64,000 nucleotides of DNA from an uncultured Gemmatimonadales bacterium (GTDB taxonomy: Bacteria > Gemmatimonadota > Gemmatimonadetes > Longimicrobiales > Gaopeijiaceae), in assembly GCA_963809895.1 (NCBI GenBank), contig CAWELD010000010.1, positions 1-64,000 on the forward strand, in the 5' to 3' direction. Below the pieces are notes generated by a model, which was not told the origin of the DNA, ran no database searches, and saw nothing but the letters and a program-made list of their open reading frames with translations. Shown piece by piece: positions 20,889 through 29,447 of this stretch. Position 1 is the stretch's first letter. Each line of letters starts with the position of its first letter. The position numbers and the translations under genes were made by a program.

Positions 20889-21589
20889 GCCGCGCGTTCG
20901 TAGACCAGCGCCTCCTGGACCTGCGCTGCGGACAGGCCGTAGTCCTCGGCCACCTCGGCAGGGTCTTCACCGGCGTCCACCCGACTCGCGATCGCAGCCG
21001 TCGAGATCCCGGCATCGACGATGATCGGCCTGCCGAAGGACACGCTCGGATCGATGAGGATTGCGGGGCCTTCGCCCCCCGACTCGATACGGAGGAACGG
21101 GAAGAGCTTGACGGGAAGTCCCCGGGTATCCCACTCGACGCGACGGAGATGGTCTTCGAGCACCAATCGCATAGCGAGCTGTCCGGACCGGGACAGGTTG
21201 ATCAACTCCCCGTAGCGATCGAGAAAGATGTCACCATCGCTAGTGCTCAGAGCCCGGTTGAGGAGAAGTCGCTCGATCCCAAGGGTTCTCTCCGAGTAAT
21301 CGAGCGCCTGACGCACAGCCTGGATCGATACTCCATGATCCGTACGAAGCGCGCGGAGAACATGCGCCTCGACCAGATTCCAGAAGGAGAGTTCGGATGA
21401 ATCCGCTTCGGGCAGCGCGATGAGAGGCTGGAAGAACTCCGTACCCTGCGCCGTTTCATACGAGCGACCTCTCACCCAGGACCGAAGAGTCGCCGGCGCC
21501 AGCTTCACGTAGCGAGCCGCCTCAGTGAGACCGTAGGCAGGGACATCGCAGGGGTCGTGGCCGCCGTAGATGCGGCGCTCGTGAGTCAT
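20885..21589 (-). CDS. VapB45-like antitoxin (MerR-like HTH + DUF433)
   Basis: PAYGLTEAARYVKLAPATLRSW, LSFWNLVEAHVLRALR, IDPSVSFGRPII...VAEDYGL. Confidence 0.9.
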   Translation of the reverse strand: MTHERRIYGGHDPCDVPAYGLTEAARYVKLAPATLRSWVRGRSYETAQGTEFFQPLIALPEADSSELSFWNLVEAHVLRALRTDHGVSIQAVRQALDYSERTLGIERLLLNRALSTSDGDIFLDRYGELINLSRSGQLAMRLVLEDHLRRVEWDTRGLPVKLFPFLRIESGGEGPAILIDPSVSFGRPIIVDAGISTAAIASRVDAGEDPAEVAEDYGLSAAQVQEALVYERAA

Positions 21590-21941
21590 GACAAGGGGCC
21601 GTCCTTCCAGAGAGGCGATCGACGATACCTCAACGTAATACGAACGCGGGGATGGCGCCGTGCTTCGAAGTCACGGTTGCGAGAGGTCAGCGGTCTCTCT
21701 GGCCCAGCGAAGGACGTCGGGGTTGAGGCTCGGCATCTGATGAACTCGAGTCGGGTGTCTGATCCGACGCACGGAGTCCCACGTTACGATCGCGAGATTG
21801 GCGCATGCATGTCGCGATGCGTCGCGTGGGCAGCCTGAGAGGGGCGGCTAGGTGAAGTTATGGACATTTAGTGGCATCTAACGCTCAAGTGTCCTTAGTT
21901 GCCGATGACCTTGTCAATCTCGACGGGGGGCGGTGCCGACC

Positions 21942-21967
21942 CGTTCGTTGTTCATGAACCATGAACG
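21942..21967. repeat. 26-bp imperfect palindrome, copy 3 (CGTTCGTTGTTCATGAACCATGAACG)
   Basis: Seen directly; related to 114-139 and 20037-20062. Confidence 0.85.
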
Positions 21968-22021
21968 CCGCTCCGCTACGTCCGCCCTTGCAGTGCACCG
22001 GCTCAGCCCGATCTTTGCCCC

Positions 22022-22901
22022 ATGACCCCCGACGAATTCCGCGCCCGCATCGCCGACCTCTCCGTCTGGAAACGGAGCGGGCAGCGTGCGCCCCACAAGC
22101 CGCTGCTGCTTCTGTGGGCGTTGGGTCGGCTTACGCGCGGTGAGCCACGGCTGGCGCCGTACTCGACGGTGGATGCCGAGCTCAAGCCTCTGCTGCAGGA
22201 GTTCGGGCCTCCGCGGAAGAGCTACCACACCGAGTATCCCTTCTGGTACCTGAGGAGCGACGGGCTCTGGGAGGTGACCGGTGTGGAGGGGGCCCGGGTG
22301 CGGGAGGGGAAGGCGTCCGAGCCCACGAAGCGTGAGTTGGTCCGTCTCGATGCCGAGGGCGGGCTCACCGCGGACACCTGGGAGCTGTTGAAGGCGAACC
22401 CGGCCCTCGTGCGTGAGGCTGCGGTCACGCTCCTCGAGGTGCATTTCGCCGAGACTTACTACGACGACGTGCTGGAGGCGGTGGGCCTCGACCTCCTGGA
22501 GACCGTGACGCGGCGTCCCCGGGATCCCCGCTTCCGCGACCGCGTGCTGGTGGCCTACGGGTACCGTTGCGCGATCTGCGGCTTCGATGCGCGACTCAAG
22601 CATGCGCCCATCGGCCTGGAGGCCGCCCACATCAAGTGGCATCAAGCCCGGGGACCCGACATCGTGCCCAACGGCCTCGCCCTGTGCTCGCTCCATCACA
22701 AGCTCTTCGACCGGGGCGCGCTGACCGTGGGCGAGGCAGGCGTCATCGAGGTGTCCCCGCTGGTGAACGGAGGGCCGGCCACTGAGAAGTGGCTCATTGA
22801 GGTGCACGGCCAGGAGATGGGGACCCCGAGGTCCTCAGGGGGATCTTCCGGATGCGGCGTTTCTGGCCTGGCACCGGCGGGAGGTGTATCGGCATGGATG
22901 A
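22022..22901 (+). CDS. Phosphorothioate-DNA-binding (SBD)-HNH type IV restriction endonuclease; frameshift ~22835
   Basis: SBD motifs PHKPLLLL/YPFW; HNH RDPRFRDRVLVAYGYRCAICG...LEAAHIKWH...NGLALCSLHHKLFDRG. The likely true C-terminus DLPDAAFLAWHRREVY is in a shifted frame ending TGA at 22901. Confidence 0.9.
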
Positions 22902-22913
22902 AGAGAGGAGATC

Positions 22914-23390
22914 GTGAGCTCAGCAGAATCCCCCGAACGTCTGTATATGAATTGCAGCATCGCGGAGCTCCGCAAGATGTGGAGAGGCCTCGAAGCGGAG
23001 TTGGACTCCCGGTCGACCCGGGCGGCCAAGCGGCTGAAACGCGAAATTACGGATGCGATTCTCGCACCGCCCCCCGCCACCTCGTCGGTCTACGTCATCG
23101 AGTTGGACCCTGCGGCGCGGGAGGATCGTTCCTTCGCTCGAGACAATCCAGACGCTGACCCGGATCTCCCTTGCCTCTATGTCGGCATGACCTCGACCTC
23201 GCCCGAGGAGCGCTTCGAGCAGCACAAGCGTGGGTACAAGGCATCACGGCTGGTCAAGCGATTCGGCACCCGCCTCCGGCCGGAATTCTATGAGTGCCTG
23301 AATCCAATGACCCGGGCCGAGGCAGAGATCCAGGAGAAGGAGCTGGCCAGGTTGTTGCGCCGCGAAGGATACGCGGTCAGGCAGAACTGA
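22914..23390 (+). CDS. GIY-YIG-like nuclease
   Basis: SVYVIEL...CLYVGMT...PEERFEQHK...E.ELARLLR; GAGGAG RBS. Confidence 0.78.
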   Translation: MSSAESPERLYMNCSIAELRKMWRGLEAELDSRSTRAAKRLKREITDAILAPPPATSSVYVIELDPAAREDRSFARDNPDADPDLPCLYVGMTSTSPEERFEQHKRGYKASRLVKRFGTRLRPEFYECLNPMTRAEAEIQEKELARLLRREGYAVRQN

Positions 23391-23394
23391 GCCC

Positions 23395-25326
23395 CTACCG
23401 CCCCCGCACCACCACCGGGTTCTCGTCATCCACCCCGTACCGGGACAGATCCACAGCCCGTGTGAACCAGCCCACGCGCTTGCGGAAGATCTCCTCGTCG
23501 CCGGTGCGCCAACTCCGGAAGAGGACGGTGCGGTCGTCGACCCAGACGCAGTAGTCGTCGCGGCCGGCGGAGCGGGTGAAGGCGTGGGAGCGGCCGGTGG
23601 CGATGTCCAGGATCCGGATCTCGGATTCCCAGTGTCCCTGTTGCTTGTCGGTGAAGCAGAGCCGGGTCTCGTCGGGCGAGAGGTCCGGGGTCGGGCGGTT
23701 CCAGTCGGTGGGCTCCAGCGCGGTGACCTGCCCGGTTGAGAAGCTCAGCCACTGCAACTGCTCGGGATCGTCCTCGCCGCTGCCGGCGACGAACGCGATC
23801 CCGGTGCGCCCGACGACGGGTGATCGTTCGGGCCTGGGATCGTGGGTCAGCCGCTCGAGCTCGCCCGTGGCCAGGGTGTAGCGGTAGAGATCGCCGGCAC
23901 CGGTGCGTTCGGAGGCGAAGACCACGGCGGACCCGTCGGGCGTGAAGCGGCCGTCGAAGTCGCGCGCTCCGGGGACCCCGAGGTTCTCCACCGATCCGTC
24001 GTCCAGGTCCAGGAGCGCGAGGTCCCAGTCGCGGGTGTCGTCTGCGGACGATCCTGCGACGCCGGGCGCGGTCCCGGCCACCGGTGCCGAGCGCTCCACC
24101 GTCAGGAGCAGGTGGCGGCCCGAGGGATCGATGATGCCGTCCCTCGGACCCGCCTGACGGAAGGGGCGGGCGAAGAAGAGGCCCGGCGCCACGAGCAGGG
24201 CCCGCGGCACGCCGTTCTCGACGGCGCGGAGCTCGACCTGCCCCGGCGACGCGATGAGGGTGAGCGCGAGATCGCGCCCGCGCACCGGAATCACCGGACA
24301 CCCTCCCTCGGGCACCGCCTCGTGCTTGTCGTCGCCCCGCAGGTCCATGGTGAGGTTGGTGGTGGTCTCCCGTCGGCTGCAGAACCAGATGCGCGTGTCC
24401 CGCGGCGGCCCCTCGGTCGCCATGAGGCCCAGCGTGCCCAACGTGAGGAGCGCGAGCACGGCCGCGGTCACGAGCAAGGCGCGGCCCGAGCGCGTCCGCT
24501 TCCCGGGTTGGGTCGGTGGCTCCTCCACGCCCGGGGGCGTCACCGGTGGCCTGGTTTCGGGGGATTGGAGTCCGGCCTCCGAGGGCTGGGGCGCGGGCAT
24601 CCTCCGCTGGGCGTCCTCGGCCTCGGCACGGATCGCGTCGGCCCGCTCGGTGTCTTCGACGGCGTCGGCGCGCTCCAGCCAATGAAGCGCTTCCTGGCTC
24701 CGCCCGAGGCGTGCGAGCCCCTGCGCCAGATCCAGGAGCAGAGCCTCCGGATCCGGGATCCGCTCGACGACCCGCTCCACCAACCTCCGCGAGGCCGCGG
24801 CGTCGCCGTGTTCGATCAGCGTGGCCAGGGATCTCCGGGCCCCGTCCGCCAGGCGTGCGGCGAGTTCGGAGCGGCGCGTCTCGAGCCAGTCCTGGAGCTC
24901 CCACGAGCCCATCTCGCCCACGCCTGCCAGGAAGGGACCGCGCCACAGATCCAGCGCCCGGGCCATTCCGTCCGGCGACGTCAGCGACGTCAGGATCCCC
25001 TCCAGGTCCCGCAGGTCCGTCTCCAGGAGGGCCGCGTTCGCCGAGACCGGGTCCTGCCCCAGGATCGCCTCGGATCCCAACGTCCGCCGCACCCGCGACA
25101 GCGCCTGCCGGAGCCCGTGTCGCGCCCGCCCCGGATCCGCGTCGGGCCAGAACAGCCGCGCCAGATCGTCGCGGCGCACGGCCACGCCCCGCGCCACGAG
25201 GTACGCAAACAGCGCCAACGGCATCCCCGACAACGACTCCGACCCGGAATCCCCCGAGCCCAGGGCGCGGATCTCCGGCGGCCCCAGCAGGAGTAGGCGG
25301 TGGCGTGTGCCCTGTTGATGGTCCAT
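23395..25326 (-). CDS. SARP-family membrane-anchored regulator with C-terminal TolB-like beta-propeller
   Basis: LLLLGPPEI...RDDLARLFWPD...LRQALSRVR wHTH; one TM helix; PD40-like repeats (FTPDGSAVVFAS, LSPDETRLCF). Confidence 0.82.
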   Translation of the reverse strand: MDHQQGTRHRLLLLGPPEIRALGSGDSGSESLSGMPLALFAYLVARGVAVRRDDLARLFWPDADPGRARHGLRQALSRVRRTLGSEAILGQDPVSANAALLETDLRDLEGILTSLTSPDGMARALDLWRGPFLAGVGEMGSWELQDWLETRRSELAARLADGARRSLATLIEHGDAAASRRLVERVVERIPDPEALLLDLAQGLARLGRSQEALHWLERADAVEDTERADAIRAEAEDAQRRMPAPQPSEAGLQSPETRPPVTPPGVEEPPTQPGKRTRSGRALLVTAAVLALLTLGTLGLMATEGPPRDTRIWFCSRRETTTNLTMDLRGDDKHEAVPEGGCPVIPVRGRDLALTLIASPGQVELRAVENGVPRALLVAPGLFFARPFRQAGPRDGIIDPSGRHLLLTVERSAPVAGTAPGVAGSSADDTRDWDLALLDLDDGSVENLGVPGARDFDGRFTPDGSAVVFASERTGAGDLYRYTLATGELERLTHDPRPERSPVVGRTGIAFVAGSGEDDPEQLQWLSFSTGQVTALEPTDWNRPTPDLSPDETRLCFTDKQQGHWESEIRILDIATGRSHAFTRSAGRDDYCVWVDDRTVLFRSWRTGDEEIFRKRVGWFTRAVDLSRYGVDDENPVVVRGR

Positions 25327-25418
25327 GGACGCTCCGTTGACGGGGTGATGGCAAACTGCACGGCTGAGCGCCTATCCGCCAATCCCGAAGGCGCCGTCCC
25401 GCGACGCGGAGGACGCAG

Positions 25419-26048
25419 GTGAGCCAGCAGAAGTTGTCCGACGGAGAAGGTAAGGAGCAGCTACGACACTGGCCGGTCCGGACCCGGGCGCTGTGGTCGC
25501 GGTTCGGTGACCGGGGGTTCTCGGCTGCGCGCTCAGCCCAAGGAAAAGCGACGAGAACGGGACCACGCCCCGGTTGTTTGCTGCGGGCATCGAGCAAGAT
25601 GGGGACGCAGCCGGACGGGATGTGGTGTTTCTTCCTCGACCTGCAGGCCGTGGACGTCAGCCTGCATCGAGATCTGCGGAAGCATGCAGAACCTGAGCGA
25701 CAAGCGGGCGCGTTCACGCTCCCACAGGGCACGGCCTGATTCTGCAGAGCGCCCGAAGCCTGGCTCCGGGCGGAGATCCGGTATGCAGCGCGGCTGGACG
25801 GCGCTCGCGCTGGTGGGCCACGGGGACGCTTCCGCGCGGCGAGGAGCCCAGGGAGTCTGAATCCCGCGGTGCGCTATCTCCGGGTACTCTACGCCGTGCG
25901 GGACCAGGACCTGGCACCCGTTATGGCCAACGTCATCGCCGGCGGGCACGAGTACTTCACGCGGCATTCGGCCTTGAAGCAGTTCAACGGTCAGCCGATG
26001 CAGAGATTTCTGAAACGACTCGCGCCGGCGTCGCACTTCGGGCCGTAG
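25419..26048 (+). pseudogene. Frameshifted hypothetical protein with PD-(D/E)XK-like motif
   Basis: Frames join as TQPDGMW...VDV / CIEICGSMQNLSDKRAR ... YLRVLYAVRDQDLAPVMANVIAGGHEYF. Confidence 0.4.
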
Positions 26049-26228
26049 CGGAGTATCGGCCTCCGATCAGGCATTCGCGGTCGGGTGTCGGGATTGCGCA
26101 GGGGCTTGGGCGCCCGACAGCGGTCCCGGCCGCGTCTGCCTGTTGTCGGGGCGGAGAGCGCTCACGCGCTGTGGGGAGCGGATGGCGATCGCGTGACCGC
26201 TTGCCGCCGAGCGCGGCCCTCGTCGGCA

Positions 26229-26406
26229 CGTCGCTACGGTGTAACTGGAGCACCTGATTTCGCCGGTTCGTCGATTCGACTCGCTGAGCGAGTCAAATTC
26301 GACAAAGGGCGGATGGCGCCGATCATGGTTGCGCGGATTCAACTCGCTGAGCGAGTCGAATTGGAAAATCGCCGGAATCGGACCCACGTTTTACACGTTG
26401 GCGTCG
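26229..26406. repeat. 178-bp palindromic element family A, copy 1
   Basis: Two ACTCGCTGAGCGAGT hairpin cores at 26279 and 26342; homologous to 35496-35673 and 37305-37482. Confidence 0.88.
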
Positions 26407-26490
26407 CGGGGCCCGCGCGCGGCCGGGCGCCACCCGCGCGCCGCCCGCGCCTCGCCGCCGCCCGCCGCTCCCTCCTCGCGGCCGCCCTCC

Positions 26491-26997
26491 CTACGGCTTC
26501 CTCAGGAACTCCGTCCGCTCGCCCCCGCCCAGCTCCGCGTCCCCGCCACCGTCCAGCATCCCCGGGCCGTCGGCCTGCCGGGCGAGCATCAGGGTGCCCG
26601 CGGCCGATGCGCCCCCGAGGACCGTGGCCACGCCGACCATGGCGGCGCCCAGCAAACCGTAGCTGCCGCCCCAGAGTCCGGCGACGGCCGCGCCGCCGCC
26701 GAGGAGCAGGCCTCCCACGGCACCCCACAGGGTGAAGCGGCCGAGCGAGAGCTCGTGGAAGCGGCGGCGTCCCTCGGTGAGCCGGAGGACGCCGGCGAAC
26801 ACGGATCCCCCGAGGAATCCCAGGACCCCGAAGGTGGTGGCGTTCAGGAGGATGGCGCCGCCCAGGCCGATGGGGACGCCGGGGAGCAGCATGTGCAGCG
26901 CCGCACCCAGCACCGCGCCGATGGGCGCCCAGCCGATGGCCCAGGTGAGTCCCATGCCGAGGGCGCCTCGGAGGCGTTGGAGCCACGTCCCTTTCAT
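26491..26997 (-). CDS. Hypothetical 4-TM membrane protein
   Basis: Four hydrophobic Gly/Ala-rich segments; GGAGGT RBS. Confidence 0.75.
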   Translation of the reverse strand: MKGTWLQRLRGALGMGLTWAIGWAPIGAVLGAALHMLLPGVPIGLGGAILLNATTFGVLGFLGGSVFAGVLRLTEGRRRFHELSLGRFTLWGAVGGLLLGGGAAVAGLWGGSYGLLGAAMVGVATVLGGASAAGTLMLARQADGPGMLDGGGDAELGGGERTEFLRKP

Positions 26998-27113
26998 GCC
27001 GACCTCCGCGCGATCGTCTCGGGTGTGCTGCAGGCTTGGCGGGTCTCTTCTCTACTCGCGATCCCGAGGGGAGGGTCCGGGCGGAGCTTCATCCCGCCGG
27101 TGACGGGCGGCGC

Positions 27114-27758
27114 CTACTCCCAGGCCGCGCCCACGGCCACCGAGAACACGGCGTCCATGGCCTCCTCGAAGATCTTGCTCACGGAGCCGCTCAAGCGGAA
27201 CGCGCCCACCCCGAGCGCGAGGCCGGCCTGGAGCGCGACGTAGACGTCGCTGTCGGCGCTTTCCTCGACGTCGTCCACCGAGGTGCGCACGTAGAGGAAC
27301 TGCGGCACGGCGAACGGCGTGAGGCTCGCGCTCGCCTCGGGGCCCAGGGGGATGGTGCCTCCCACCGCGATTCCGAAGGGGATGGTCCACGTATTCAGGT
27401 CCTCGACCCAGGAGAAGGAGACGCCGACGGCGGGGCACACGCTGGCGTCGGGCGCGAGGGCCTCGACCTGGTACGCCACCGTCCCCTGGAGGATCTTGGC
27501 GTTCTCGCGCTCCTCCTCGTCGGGGGCCACGATCCCGAATCCCCCCTCGAAGAACGTGCCTCCGCCCTGGCTGGCCACCATCCCCGAGAGCGCGTAGCCG
27601 GTGCCGCCCTCCGGGAAGCTGAAGCCGGCGCTCACCGCACCGGCGCTCCCCTGGGGATACCCGAGGCAGGCCTGGGCCCGGGTGGCGCGCGGCGTGAGGG
27701 CAGCCAGCGCGATGGCGAGTGCCGAAGCGGAAACGAGCGATGTCAGCGGGACCTTCAT
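27114..27758 (-). CDS. Secreted outer-membrane beta-barrel-like protein
   Basis: Signal peptide ending ATRAQA; alternating beta strands; aromatic residue near the C-terminus. Confidence 0.65.
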   Translation of the reverse strand: MKVPLTSLVSASALAIALAALTPRATRAQACLGYPQGSAGAVSAGFSFPEGGTGYALSGMVASQGGGTFFEGGFGIVAPDEEERENAKILQGTVAYQVEALAPDASVCPAVGVSFSWVEDLNTWTIPFGIAVGGTIPLGPEASASLTPFAVPQFLYVRTSVDDVEESADSDVYVALQAGLALGVGAFRLSGSVSKIFEEAMDAVFSVAVGAAWE

Positions 27759-27892
27759 GATGCCCTCGCAGGGCCGAAGGGTCGGTTCGGTTTTCCTGCG
27801 ATAGCTTACGCGGTGGAGGCGGGTCGGGCCAGGATGGCGTGGGCCAGAATGGCCATCCCAACGCCCAGCGATGAGCGGTATCTGTTGTTTCC

Positions 27893-28325
27893 CCGATCAG
27901 CGTGGTGCTGGCGAGCGAATCGACGGGTACATCGCGGGCCTGACGGATTATCGAAACGACGATACGCTGGACGGGTGGGTGGAGCGCTTCGCCGCCGCCG
28001 CTCGATCTGCCCAGCTCGCCTCGGGCTATCGGGACGCCGTCGAGTGCTTGATGGGGCGTTGGCGGATGCAGCTCGCTGATGCCGCGAATCCCCGGGCTGA
28101 CGCGGCCGCATGGGCCGTGATCGAGGTTCTTCCGGCCCATCCGGTGGTCACCGCGCCGATGGCCACAGCCGCCACGAGCCGCGCCAAGGCCGCGATCTAC
28201 CAGGCGATGGAGGAGTTGGAGGGTGAGGGTGTCGTGAACCCGCTTTCCAACGCGAAGCGGAACCGCTCCTGGGAGCCGGTGGGACTCGTGGACCTGCTGG
28301 AGCGCATGGACGCGGGGGGAGTTGC
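27893..28325 (+). pseudogene. C-terminal fragment of a Fic-family protein (HTH tail, no catalytic motif)
   Basis: PISVVLA / YIAGLTDYR...WVERFAAA...LPAHPVVT...AMEELEGEGVV...KRNRSWE; no HPFxxGNGR motif upstream. Confidence 0.6.
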
Positions 28326-28364
28326 CGGGCGAGTGAGGTTGCCGTGCGCCAGGCGGGGGGCCGC

Positions 28365-28964
28365 CTACAGCGTACTCGCCACAGCCCTCAAGACCTCAGT
28401 TCGCGGCCGGCTTTTCCCGTCGACAAGATCTTCTTTGGCCGCTAGGATCGCACCTCTTGCCAGAGCACTCACGTTTCCACCGGCGCATTGTTCGGCTGCG
28501 GCCCGAATCCGCTGCTCGAGCTCCGAGCTTGATCGGAAGGACAGGCGCGCTCCCGTCTTCCCCGATGCTAGGCGCCGCTCCGACAGCCTCACGAGCCTGT
28601 TGCAGAGCCTGAGACTCTCGGTGGCTTCGAAGAGGTAATACCTCATAAGGGCCGGCGTGAACTTCTTGGCCGGGGCGTTGAATGCATCGGCAATCAACAC
28701 GAGCACGTCGTCCAACTCGTGGGGGATCTTCACCTGGATCGTCTCTTCCTTCACCTGATGCCGAGCAGCCTTGAGGCGAGGCGTCGACTGATTCGGGATC
28801 ACAAGAATCTCGTCCGACTCATCATCGACCCCCACCAGGACGTTCGGCACATCAACACCGGTCTCCTCGAGACGCACCGACCGATACCGATATGTGATCG
28901 GCACCCACCCGCGTCCGTCCGGCGCGAGCGCCGTGCCTCGCTGGCCTTCATGCAGAATCTTCAT
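28365..28964 (-). CDS. MqsA-like antitoxin (cysteine-less zinc-ribbon-like N-terminus, putative DNA-binding C-terminus)
   Basis: ITYRYRSV...VPNVLVGVDDESDEILVIPNQSTPRLK; directly downstream of a RelE/MqsR-like gene. Confidence 0.55.
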   Translation of the reverse strand: MKILHEGQRGTALAPDGRGWVPITYRYRSVRLEETGVDVPNVLVGVDDESDEILVIPNQSTPRLKAARHQVKEETIQVKIPHELDDVLVLIADAFNAPAKKFTPALMRYYLFEATESLRLCNRLVRLSERRLASGKTGARLSFRSSSELEQRIRAAAEQCAGGNVSALARGAILAAKEDLVDGKSRPRTEVLRAVASTL

Positions 28965-29006
28965 GTCCGTTCCCCGTTGAGGCGTTTCTTCGCCCAGCGA
29001 ACCCCT

Positions 29007-29309
29007 TCAACTCCGATGCACGCTGATGAAGACGGCCGACCTGTCCGGGGAGAAGTAGGCTTTGACATACCACCTTTCCCCGTCCACGGTCGGACCGAAA
29101 ACATGCACGTCAACCAATGGATCAGCGTGATGTGGACTCGACGAGTAGTCCTGCCCACGACTCTTGTGGAGCAGGTCAATGACGAATTCAGTCGTCACGT
29201 CACCGACGGCCAGGAGGTTCTTTTCCTCCTGCACCTCGCGCGGCTCGTGCCCGAAATCTCCGCTTTCGAGCGCCCGGATGAGACGAGTCTTCGCGTTGCG
29301 GAAACCCAT
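29007..29309 (-). CDS. MqsR/RelE-fold toxin-like protein
   Basis: 100 aa; ...DVHVFG...WYVKAYF...VFISVH C-terminal signature; toxin-first gene order. Confidence 0.6.
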   Translation of the reverse strand: MGFRNAKTRLIRALESGDFGHEPREVQEEKNLLAVGDVTTEFVIDLLHKSRGQDYSSSPHHADPLVDVHVFGPTVDGERWYVKAYFSPDRSAVFISVHRS

Positions 29310-29314
29310 GGACT

Positions 29315-29343
29315 ATAGTACCACAAAAGTAGTACGCCATCAA
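29315..29343 (-). promoter_or_regulatory. Sigma70 promoter TTGATG-N17-TACTAT (extended -10), probably leaderless, overlapped by palindrome GTACCAC-AAAA-GTAGTAC
   Basis: -35 at 29338-29343, -10 at 29315-29320, ATG 5 nt downstream. Confidence 0.65.
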
Positions 29344-29447
29344 GACACCAGGTGATCCCATCTCGCGCACTCCCGACTCCCCTCCGACCCCATCCCGCGA
29401 CACCCCCGAGGTATCGCCCGCGCGTGGTGCGGCCGTAGGTTGCCGCC

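Noticed and set aside
114..21967. 26-bp palindrome as a dif/pdif site, integron attC or known LexA box
   Set aside because: No match to XerC/XerD arms, no integron integrase in the window, and the spacing differs from the GAAC-N4-GTTC and GTTC-N7-GTTC SOS boxes.
12070..22840. Programmed ribosomal frameshifting in island genes
   Set aside because: No consistent slippery heptamers or stimulators were seen, and similar breaks occur in unrelated genes.
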